NCBI RefSeq assembly: GCF_963921235.1
Contig: NC_086100.1
Coordinates: 200,138,001-200,202,000 of the forward strand
Length of the DNA: 64,000 bases
Reading direction: 5' to 3'
Source of the DNA: Mobula hypostoma
Taxonomy: Eukaryota
Positions 11,375-22,139 of this stretch are shown piece after piece. The notes below the pieces were generated by a model, which did no database searches, had not been told where the DNA came from, and worked only from the letters and a program-made list of their open reading frames with translations. Every line of letters starts with the position of its first letter. The first letter of the stretch is position 1. Both the position numbers and the translations under genes were made by a program.

Positions 11375-12260
11375 TAAGATAGAGGGATCAGCAGTGGAAA
11401 GGGTGAACAGTTTCAAGTTTCTGGGTGTTAAAATTTTAGAGAATTTATACTTGGCTTAACACGTTGATGCAATTACAAAGAAAGCATGTTTGCATCGATA
11501 CCTCGTTCGGAGTTTGAAGAGACTTGGTAAGTTTCCAAAGGCTCTCACTTTGACTTTCCAAAGTCTGCCAAACAGCCAGACTTCTCTCCATGTTTGTATA
11601 TTTCCTGTAGCACCAGAAGCTTTTATCTTATTAAGCAGCCTCATGTGTAGCACCTTGTGAAAAGCCTTCTGAAACTCCAAGTAAGCAACATTCATTGACT
11701 CTCCTTTGTCTATCCTGCCTGTTATTTCCTAAAAGAATTCCAACAGATTTGTCAGGCAAGATTTTTCCTGAAGGAAACTATGCTGACTTTGGCATACTTT
11801 ATCATGTACTTGCAAATACCCCACAAAACTTCCTCCTTAGTAATGAACTCGAACATCTTTACAATCACTGAAGTCAGGCTAACTGGCTTATAATTTCCTT
11901 TCTTTTGCCTCTCTCCCTTCTTAAAGAGTGCAGTGACATTTGCAGTTTTCCTGGAGAACATTCTGACTGGGTGCATCACCACCTGGTATGGAGAGGCCAA
12001 TGACCAGGTTTGGAATAAACTGCAGGAAGTTGTAAACTCAGCCAGTGCCAACACGGGCACTAACCTCCCAATATCGAGGACATCTTCAAAAGGTGATGCC
12101 TCAGGAAGGCAGCGTCCATCATTACAGATCTTTACCATCTTCTCTTTACCACCATCAGTGAAGAGGTACAGGAGCCTGAAGACCAAAACTCAATGTTTCA
12201 GGAATAGCTTCTTTCACTCTACATCAGATTTCTGATCGGTCCATGAACACGACGTCACGA
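11375..12260 (+). mobile_element. Rex1/Babar-like LINE 3' fragment, interrupted by an inverted CR1 copy (11565-11951)
   Basis: VERVNSFKFLGV..HVDAITKKA, then after the interruption ENILTGCITTWYG..KLQEVV..FRNSFF. Confidence 0.65.
11565..11951 (-). repeat. Inverted duplicate of 10270-10654 (CR1 RT piece)
   Basis: Near-identical reverse complement, including the same in-frame TAG (ttcttttaggaaataac). Confidence 0.85.
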
Positions 12261-12424
12261 TCTTGCTTTCTGAAGATTTAGTCAACCAATTCATAATTGG
12301 ATTGATGGAAAGAAGCAGAGGGTGAGGAAAGGAACTAGAGGAAGGTGTTTCTTAGACTGGAGACCTGTGATGAGTGGAGTACCACAAGGATTGGTGCTGG
12401 GAGCTTTATTCATTATTTATACAA

Positions 12425-12665
12425 ATGGAGATGTCAGGGGTAAGTTTTTTACTCAGAGAGTGGTGAGTGCGTGGAATGGGCTGCCGGCAGTGGTGGTGGA
12501 GGCGGATATGATAGGGTCTTTGAAGAGACTTTTGGATGGGTACATGGAGCTTCGAAAAATAGAGGGTTATGGGTAAGCCTAGTAATTTCTAAGGTAGGGA
12601 CATGTACGGCACAACTTTGTGGGCCGAAGGGCCTGTAATGTGCTGTAGGTTTTCTATGTTTCTAG
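12425..12665 (+). mobile_element. Short, well-preserved CR1 3' end
   Basis: GDVRGKFFTQRVVSAWNGLP..IEGYG* with ttctatgtttcta tail. Confidence 0.75.
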
Positions 12666-15527
12666 TCTAAACAATTTGACCATAAGACCAGATGACATAA
12701 GAGCAGATTGAAGCCAATATAGGGGACAGTGTGATGACATTCTGTAAGGATTCACTGTACATCCTTTCTGTGGAATATATAGTTATTCTCCAGGTTCCCC
12801 CATTTCCTCCTACAGTCCCAAGCCATACTGGGTAGGTTAATTGGTCATTGTAAATTGTCCTGTGATTAGGTTAGGAATAAATCCAAGGGTTTCGGGTATT
12901 ACTAGGGTGACACAGCTGGAAGGGCTGGAAGGGTGTCTTCCTCGCTGAATATCAAAATAAATAAATAAAATAACAGGAACCTGTGGATCTCTGGGCAAAA
13001 TGCAGGGAAATCGGACTGGCTCAGATGGGAATCTTGTTCTGAATGGACAAGTTGGTCCAGAGGCTCTATAACAATGATGCTGTGCAGATTCGGGGAATTA
13101 AGAAGGCAGCAGAGGTGAGTGAGGAGGACCTGGGGGAGAGACGTGGGACAGACCATTGCATATTTAGAGCCCACCTACCTTGTCGAGACCATTGGAAGAG
13201 CTGGAGGTGATGTCACCATTCAGGAAGTGATGTGTGTCAGTGGAAACAGCTGATTGGTGAGCAGCAAGGGTGGGCTGTTCACTGAAATAAAGATAAAGGC
13301 AGGGATGTTACATTGTAACAGGCAGTGTTTATCGATGAAGAACCTTGCTGGTGTAATCAATACATTCAATGAATGTGAGATGTATGTTCTCTGTCCAGGA
13401 GGAAGAGAGGGCCCAGTGCAAGGGTGTCCATGGCAGGAGAACTCAGCCCAGTGGAATGTTCCTGCTGCAATAGGTGGAAACCGGGGAAAGGAGCAACAGG
13501 AACGTTTGTGGGACCACAGCCGGAGAGGGAAAAGACAAGCACAGCTGTTGTGACAGGGGACTCGGCTGTAACGGGTGTAGACAGGCTTTTCACTGGGTGT
13601 AAACAAGCCTCTCAAATGGGATAACAAACAATCTGCTGTAGGAACTCAGCAGGTCAAGCAGCATCTGTGAGGGAAAGGAATTGTCAGTGTCAAGACCCAA
13701 AATGTCGAACATTGATCCCCACCCTCTCCCCCCCCCCAACACAGATACAGCCTGACTTGTTCAGATCCTCCAGCAGTTTGTTGTCACTCCAGATTCCAGT
13801 ATCTGCTGTCTCTTCTGTCTCTATAAAGCTGTTGTCTCCCTGGTGCCAGGGGCAGGGATGTTTCCGATGTCTGCAGGACATCCTGAACAGGGAGGGAGTG
13901 GTGGTGGTACTTTATACAACCTTGAGATTCGTCTCCTTACAGGCAGCCACAGAAAAAGAAACACAAAGAATCCATCAAAACAAAAGAAAACTGTCAATGA
14001 CCTGAATGTGCAGAAAAAAAAACAAATAAAAGTAAGCAATAGCATTGAGAAATTAAGTTGCTGAAGGTGAGTCTACAGAAGTCTGTTAGTTGCAACTACA
14101 GCCTCAGTTCAGTGTGAAGATGAGTAAACCTCACGGAACAGTGAGCTGAACCGGCCCCCACTCCCCCGACCCCCCAGTCCCCACCCCCCCACCCCCCCAG
14201 TCCCCACTCCCCCCATCCCCCAGTCTTCACATCACACAGTGCCAGAGGGCAACTTCTCCCAGACCATCGGCATAACAGTTTAAATTCTTCTTCCTTCTCA
14301 TGCCTCCTCATTCTGTTATAAAGGAGCCTGGGGTCTCTGATCTACAGATACAGTCAAACTGAGCTTTGACCAGCGACCACTCCGAACATCATAAGTTTGC
14401 GAAGAGGAGTTTTCACTCAGGTCCATTGTCCAAGTAGAGACAGGCAGTGGCAGATTGCCGCAGCAAAATTGAGCTCTGACCAGCGAACAATCGGCGTTTG
14501 GGATTGATTAGCAACAGTAAATTAAAGGAAGGCAGGGGCAAGCAGAGCGGCCATCATTGGAGTGGGCAGAGTTAGAGTGGTGATTCTGAGGCTTCAGTGA
14601 AGAGAGGCTTCAGTCAGAGAAAGCAAAGGAAAGAAAGATGCAGGTAAAGTTGTTTTTACCCTTTCCTTCATTATATCTGCTCAGCCAGGACAGCAGAGAT
14701 AACTGGCAGGACAGCTGAATGCTCCTCTTGTGGGATGTGTGAATGCAGGGAGATCTCCAGTGTCCCTGACAGCTACAACTGTGAGAAGTGCATCCGGCTG
14801 CAGCTTCGAACACTCTGCATTGAGGAGTTGGAGCTGGAACTGGATGAACTCTGGATCATTCAGGATGCTGAGGGGGTGATAGATTGGACACATAGAGAGG
14901 TAGTTACACCCAAGGTGCAGGACACAGGAAACTGGGTGACAGTCGGGAAGGGAAAGGGGGTTAAGGAGACAGTGCAGAGTAACCCCTGTGGCCACCCCGC
15001 TGAACAGGTATATCACTTTGGATACTGTCAGGAGGAGGGGGGAAGGGGTAGTGACCTAACAGAGGAGAGTCAGAGTGGTCGTGTCTCTGGCACTGAGTCT
15101 GCATCTGTGACTCAGAAGGGAAGAGGGGAGAAGAGGTACGCTGTGGTGATAGGGGACTCATTATTTAGGGGAACAGAAAGGAGGTTCTGTGGGTGGGAGT
15201 GAGATTCCCAGACGCTACATTACCTCTGGGTGCCAGAGTCTGGGACATCTGGGATCGGGTCTTCAGCATTCTTCAGTGGGAGGGTGAACAGCCAGATGTC
15301 GTGATCCTTGTAGGTACCAATGACATGGGCAGGACAGGTGACGAGGTTCTGCATAGGGATTTCAGGGAGTTGGGTGATAAATTAAAGGGCAGGACATGTA
15401 GGGTTGTGATGTCAGGATTGCTACCTGTGCTACATGACAGTGATGCCAGAAGTAGGAAGATTATACAGTTTAACATGTTGCTAAGAAGTTAGTGTAGGAT
15501 GGATGGCATAAGCTTTTTGGAACATTG

Positions 15528-16216
15528 TGTAGAGTTCTCAGTAATATTAACTGTAATGTTAACTGTTAAGGCTAACAAAATGGCTTCTCTGTAGTGTTAT
15601 AATGAAATGGCTTCTCTGTAGTGTTAACTGATGAGGTAATGGTTCTCTGTAGCTGCGATGATTGGGTTATAATTACAGATAACAGGGAACTAACCAGTGA
15701 TGACCTGTTATGCTATCTTGCATGGTGGGAACCAAGAGAATTTGCAGTCTTTTCGGCAAGACAAGTGAAGAGGAAGGACAAGTGCGGGAGCGGCTGGAGG
15801 AACTCAGCAGGTCGAGCAGCATCCGTGGAAAAGATTGGTCGACGTTTCGGGCTGGAACCCTTCCTCAGGACTGTAGAGGGAGGGGGCAGAGGCCCTATGA
15901 AGAAGGTGGGGGGAGGGTGGGATGGACAAGGCTGGTAGGTTCCAGGTGAAAAACCAGTAAGGGGAAAGATAAAGGGGTGGGGGAGGGGAAGCAGGGAGGG
16001 GATAGGCAGGAAAGGTGAAGAAGGAATAGGGGAAAACACAATGGGTAGTAGAAGGAGATGGAACCATGAGGGAGGTGAGGTTTGTCTGATATTTTACGTT
16101 GTGGGCTTGTACTGGGGTGCATTACACAGCATCTATGCAAACGTGAGTACAGCAATTGGTAGGGCCTACGGCAGTTTCCCCTAGATGAATGTGAGTTGAT
16201 AGAGTCGAGTGTGACA
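15528..16216. mobile_element. Probable solo LTR with an internal Penelope terminal fragment (~15795-16078)
   Basis: TGT...ACA termini, flanks attg/tttg (4-bp TSD with one mismatch); interrupts CR1 ORF1, which resumes immediately after. Confidence 0.55.
15838..15871 (-). ncRNA. Minimal type I hammerhead ribozyme motif (Penelope-associated)
   Basis: Minus strand: gtc CTGAGGA a gggt-tcca-gccc GAAAC GTC gac. Confidence 0.6.
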
Positions 16217-17670
16217 TTTGGGGTCTCTTCCCAGGAAGGTGGGATCTGCACCGAAGGGATGGTTTGCACCTGAACTGGAGGGGGACTAATATCCTAGCGG
16301 GAAGGTTTGAAAATGCTGCATGGTGGGGTTTAAACTAGAGGTACAGGGGGAAGGGAATCAGAATGCCAGAACAGGTAGTGGAGGTTGTGGAGAGAGATGT
16401 TGTTAAGACTTCAGACAAAGTCAGGAATCAAAAGGTTGAGCATGGTGTGACTAGTGTCCTGAGCTGTGTGTATTTCAATGCAAGAGTACCGTAGGAAAGG
16501 GTATGGATCGTCACCTTGTCGCCATTAGTAAGACTGGGTTGCAAGAGGGACATGACTGGCAGCTCAATATTCTGGAGTTCCGTTGTTTTAGACGTGATGA
16601 AGTTGGAGGGATTACAGGAGGAAGGGTGGTGTTAGTAGTCAGGGAAAAGGTCACAGCAGTGCTCCATCAGAACAGACTGGAGAACTTGTCTAATGAGGTG
16701 TTACTCACTTTGAACTACCTTACTTTCCATTTTCTATTTTCTATTTATGATTTATAATTTAAATTTTTAATACTTACTATCGATTTGTACTCCAGGGAGC
16801 GGGAAACGCAGAATCAAATATCACTGTGATGATTGTACATTCTAGTATCAATTGTTTGGTGACAACGAAGTATGAAGTTATGGGTGGAACTGAGAAATAA
16901 GAAAGCTATGAGCACACTAATCAGTCTATATTACAGACTCCCAATAGCCCTACAGATTTAGAGGAACAAATTTGTGGAGAGATCACAGCTGTTACATGAA
17001 ACACAAGGTTGTTATAGAAGGTGATTTTAACTTTCCACATATTGTTTGTGAATCCCATACTGTAAAAGGACTAGATGGGATAGAGTTTGTCAAATGTGTT
17101 CAGGAAAGTTTACTTCATAGAAGTCCCAATGAGGGATGATGCAATACTGGATCTGTTATGAGGGAATGAGACAGGACAGGTGACAAAGTCTGTGTAGGGT
17201 AACACTTTGCATCAGTGACCACAATGCCATGAGTTTCAAAGATAGGTCTGGTCTGTACGTTGAGATTCTAAATTGGAGAAAGGCCAATGTTCATGGTATC
17301 AGAGAGGATCTGGCAAGTGTGGATTGGGACAGGCTGTTTTCTGGCAAAGGTGAACTTGCAAAGTGAGAGGCCACTTTCAAGACTTTTCAAGAGATTCTAA
17401 GGTCCTGGTTGAGAAGAAAAGGAGGTGCCCAGCAGGTGTAGGCAGGTAGGAACAAATGAGGTGCTTATGGAGTACAAGAAATGTGAGAGAACGTTGAAGT
17501 AAGAAATCAGGAAACTAAAGAAGGCATGAGGTTGCTCTAGCAGACAAAGTGAAGGAGAATTGTGGGAAATTCTGCAGCTATGTTAAGTGCAAAAGGATTG
17601 CAAGGGACAAAGCAACACGCACAACATGCTGAAGGAGTTCAGCAGGTCAGGCAGCATCCGTGGAAATGAA

Positions 17671-17708
17671 CAGTCAACGTTTCGGGCCGAGGCCCTTCGT
17701 CAGGACTG
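17671..17708 (-). ncRNA. Minimal type I hammerhead ribozyme motif in the Penelope terminal repeat
   Basis: Minus strand: cagtc CTGACGA a gggc-ctcg-gccc GAAAC GTT gactg; 5-bp stem I and 4-bp stem II are intact. Confidence 0.65.
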
Positions 17709-18737
17709 AAGAGGGAGGCGGCAGGGGCCCTATGAAGAAGGTCGGGAGAGGGTGGGAAGGAGAAGGCTGGTAGGTTCCAGGTGAAAAATCAGTAAGGGGA
17801 AAGATAAAGGGGTGGAGGAGGGGAAGCAGGGAGGGGATAGGCAGGAAAGGTGAAGAAGGCATAGGGGAAAGCACAATGGGTAGTATAAGGAGGCGGAACC
17901 ATGAGGGAGGTTATAGGCAGTTGGAGGATGGGCCAAAGTGAACTAGAGATAGAGGAAGAGAGGGGGAGGGAATTACCAGAAGTTGGAGAATTCAATGTTC
18001 ATGCCAAGGGGCTGGAGACTACCCAGATGGTATATGAGGTGTTGCTCCTCCAACCTGAGTTTAGCCTCATCATGGCAGTAGAGGAGGCCATGTATGGACA
18101 TATCTGAATGGGAATGGGAAGCAGAGTTGAAGTGGGTGGCTACTGGGAGATCCTGTCTGTTGTGGCGGATGGAGTGGAGGTGCTCGATGAAGCGGTCCCC
18201 CAATCTGCGTCGGGTTTCACCGATGTAGAGGAGGCCACACCGGGAGCACCGAATGCAATAGGTGACCCCAACAGACTCACAAGTGAAGTGTTGCCTCACC
18301 TGGAAGGACTGTTTGTGGCCCTGAATGGTGCCAAGAGAGGAGGTGTAGGGACAGGTGTAGCACTTACGCTTACAGGGATAAGTGCCGGGTGGGAGATCCG
18401 TGGGGAGGGACCGATCCCTGCAGAAAGTGGAGAGGGTTGGAGAGGGAAAGATGTGCTTAGTGGTGGGGTCCTGTTGAAGGTGGCGGAAGTTGCGGAGGAT
18501 AATGTGCTGGATCCGGAGGGTGCTGGGCTGGTAGGTGAGGACAAGGGGAACTCTGTCCCTGTTGTGTTGACGGGAGGATGGGGTGAGGGCTGAAGTGTGG
18601 GAAATGGAGGAGATGTGGGTGGGGCATCATTGATGACAGCAGAAGGGAAACCATGATCCTTAAAGAAAGAGGACATTTGAGATGTCCTAGAATGGGAAGC
18701 CTCATCCTGGGAGCAGATGTGGTGGAGACGGAGGACC

Positions 18738-19183
18738 TCAGAGTACTGAAATGTTTCGTTTATCCAGTTATGTTATATGCCTCAGAATGTTGGACAATGC
18801 CTAGTAACATAAGGAAACGAATTGTAGCAGCACAGATGTGGTTTTTGAGGAGGATGCAAAGAATATTATGGATGAAACGAATATCTAATGAGGATGTCAT
18901 GAACAGAGCAAACACAAAAAGAGAAATATTGTATGAGATAATGAAAAGGCAACGTGACTTCATTGGGAATGTGATTAGGAAAGAGGGGTTAGAATGCACG
19001 GTAATTATGGAAAAGATGAAGGGAAGAAAGCAAGAGGAAGACAAAGACAAATGATGATGGAGACAGCAGCCAGAGAACTGGGAATGAATCCCAATGAACT
19101 GATCCACTTGACCCAAAACAGGAGTGTGTGGGCCATGGCAGTCAAAGCTCAAACTGGGCACGGCACCTGTTAATGATGATGAG
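18738..19183 (+). mobile_element. RTE-clade LINE 3' fragment nested in Penelope
   Basis: VYPVMLYASECWT..MWFLRRMQRILW..ISNEDV..FIGNVIRKEGLE; ends in a (tga)n tail. Confidence 0.8.
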
Positions 19184-20597
19184 TTATGAGAGTCAATGGG
19201 CTTATAGAAGATGTCAGTGGACAGTCTGTCTCCAGAGATGGAGACCAAGAGATCGAGAAAGGGGAGAGAAGTGTCCAAGATGGACCAAGTGAATTTGAGG
19301 GCTGGGTGGAAGTTAGAAGCAAAGTCGATGAAATTGACGAGCTCAGTATGGGTGCAGGAAGCAGCACCAATGTAGTCAACAATGTAGCGAAGGAAAAGTT
19401 GGGGAGCAGTACCAGTATAGGTTTGGAGCAGAGACTATTCCACATAACCAACGAAGAGGCAGGCATAGCTGGGGCCCATGTGAGTTCCCATAGCTGCACC
19501 CTTGGTCTGAAGAAAGTGGGAAGAGCCAAAAGAGAAGCTATTAAGTGTGAGTAGCAGTTCCGCCAACCGGAGGAGGGTGCTGGTGGTGGGGAACTGGTGA
19601 GGTCTACTGTCCAGAAAGTAGTGGAGGGCTTTGAGGCCTTCTTGATGGGGAATGGAAGTGTATAAGGATTGGACATTCATAGTGAAAGTGAAGGGGTCGG
19701 GACCAGGGAACTGGAAGTTATTGAAGAGGTGGAGGGCATGGGATGTATCCCGGATGCTGGTGGGGAGGGACTGAACTATGGGTGACAAAATGGAGTCCAG
19801 GTAGGCAGATACAAGTTCAGTGGGACAGGAGCAGGCAGAAACTATGGGACTACCGGGACAGTCAGGCTTGTGTATCTTGGGGAGGAGGTAAAACCGAGCA
19901 GTGCAGGGTGTGGGAATAATGTGTTTAGCGGCTGAGGATGGAAGGTCTCCGGAGTTGATGAGGCCGGTGATGGGAGACAATGGTTTGATGTTTTTTGGTG
20001 GGGTCCTGATCCAGGGGTAAGTAAGAAGAGGTGTCAGAGAGCTGCCTTTTGGCCTCAGTGAGGTAGAGGTCTGTCCGTCCGCCAGACTACTGCGGCATCA
20101 CCTTTGTCTGCGGGTTTGATGGTGAGGTTGCAAGGGACAAAACTGGTCTTCTGGAAGATCAGAATGATAATCCAGACGTGGAACCAAAAGAGATGGGGGA
20201 GAACAAAAATGGAATTTTGGTACTTGCGTTTACTCAGGAGAAGGAGACAGAGTCTATAGAAGTGAAACAAAACAGCATCGAGTTCATGGACCCTGTACAG
20301 ATTACAGAGCAGGAGGTGTTTGCTAATTTGAGGCAAATTAAGGTGGATAAATCCCCAGGGACTGACAAGGTGTTCCCTTGGGGACTTCCGCCTGTAGCTC
20401 AGTGGAGTAATACATAAATTTTGTGACTGCCTTTAATTCCTCCTTTTCCCCAGTCTAAACTTTGAATTGTTTAACTTTTATTTTCTGGATCTTGGAGGGA
20501 AATAGTGGTCATTATGTTGTATCTTTTAAGAAGTGGAAAACAGCTTTTTGAATCCAGCAATAGAAAGGGAAAAACTTAGAAAGAAAAATCAGAAGAT

Positions 20598-21296
20598 ATG
20601 CCTGTCTGGGCTGAGCGTTTGGAACGTGCATTGATGGGACTCGACAACAAAATGGACAATAATACTTCTGAGTTGAAGTCGTTCCGACAGAGTTTACAGA
20701 CTATTGAGGAAAATATTGTTTCCTTGAATACTGAGTTTAAAGAATCGAAACGTCAGATTGTGGATATTTCAACCCGATTGGAACAGGCTCAAGGCAAAAT
20801 TGTCGATTTAGACGCAAGATTGCGTAGGAATAACATTCGTACTGTGGGTCTTCAAGGAGGCTCCGAGAATGGGAATTTGTTGGATTATTCTGCCAATTTC
20901 TTTCAAACTCTGTTTCCGGATATTCTATCTCAGCCTCCCGATATTGAAAGAGCTCACAGAATTTTCACTTCGTCAGATAAAGCTCGACCAATTTTAGTCA
21001 ACTTTCTTCGCTTTAAGGTTAAAGATCGAATCATAAAATGTGCAAGAAAACAGAAAGTTTTAAAATTTAACGGTTCTGAGATCCGTTTTTATGAGGATTA
21101 TCCACGGGAAATTATGAAACAACGGATCAAATTCATATCGGTCATGAAGATTGCTCACGAAAAAAGACTCTTTCTATCCCTGAGATATCCAGCGAGATTA
21201 AAGTTATTTCCTAAAGACTTTACCCCTCGTGTCTTCTTGGATCCCCAAGCGGCATCGGACTGTGTCAACTCTATTGTGGAATCGGCTGATGTATGA
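20598..21296 (+). CDS. L1 ORF1p (coiled coil plus RRM/CTD)
   Basis: RLRRNNIRTVGL, DIERAHR, RPILVNFLRF, IRFYEDYP, LRYPARL; the true start may be slightly upstream and frameshifted. Confidence 0.8.
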   Translation: MPVWAERLERALMGLDNKMDNNTSELKSFRQSLQTIEENIVSLNTEFKESKRQIVDISTRLEQAQGKIVDLDARLRRNNIRTVGLQGGSENGNLLDYSANFFQTLFPDILSQPPDIERAHRIFTSSDKARPILVNFLRFKVKDRIIKCARKQKVLKFNGSEIRFYEDYPREIMKQRIKFISVMKIAHEKRLFLSLRYPARLKLFPKDFTPRVFLDPQAASDCVNSIVESADV

Positions 21297-22139
21297 AGGA
21301 TATCAGAGTTGCTGAATAATTTTCTGAAAGAAAACAGGCTTTGAAGATTTCTGTATGCTGAAGATATCCTTTGATCGATGGATTTCTTAAAGAGTAGGTG
21401 ATCTTCTTGGTTTGACTAAAGAATGACTTTTTTTTTGAAGGCTGTTTAGTATACGGAGTGAATTAATACAGCGGATAGATTGTTAACTGGTTTGATTATC
21501 TGTTTCTATTTTTCTTTTTCTTTATTAATTAACTGATAGTTTGCTTACAGTTTATATAGACTTTTTTCTTATATTATGGAGTGTTTAGTAATAGATAATT
21601 AGCTTTAGTTCTTTTGTTAAATAAGGTAGTAAGTTAAAGAATAATGGCTCTGCTTTTCTCTCTTTGGAGATTAAACTGGGTTAATAGTATCGCTTTGGCG
21701 TCCTTAGAGACTGTTTTCGCATTCCCTCAGCTCATTTTCAATGATTAAGTATAAACATTTTTTTTCTTTGCTGTGCTTGCTTATCTTAAGGTTACATATT
21801 TTCTTTGTTGAGGGAGGGGGGAATTGGGAGAAAAAACTTTTAATCATTATTTAAATTGAGCGGCACGCGGAATTCCGTTCTTATGCTTTTCTTCTTGGGG
21901 ATGCGTTCCGGCTGTTTCTCTCTTTTGCCGGATTTCCTTCTCTGGGGATGGTGGGAGGTTTGGGGGTATTTTTGTATTTTGGGGTTTATTGTGGTTTTTT
22001 TTCACACACACTTCCTGTATTTTTTCCCATTATGGAGTTCCGGAGCATGCGCATTTTCTATTTGGTTATGTTCATCCCCGCCATCTTTGATTAGCCCACG
22101 ATGGGATGCGTGTATTGTCGTGTTTAAGAATAATATCCA

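Larger units (their letters stand above)
17612..20127 (-). mobile_element. Penelope-like retroelement (RT plus GIY-YIG endonuclease), decayed and 5'-truncated
   Basis: IKPADKG, RFYLLPKIHK, QTKGAAMGTHMGPSYACLFVG, PFLDL, and GVTYCIRCSRCGLLYIGETRRRLGDRFIEH. 14-bp TSD ttgcaagggacaaa at 17598-17611 and 20128-20141. Confidence 0.92.

Noticed and set aside
13625..13825. Imperfect palindromic element as a structured RNA gene
   Set aside because: It resembles the Penelope-terminal-type short repeat also seen near 7400 and 40270, and the hammerhead core is lost.
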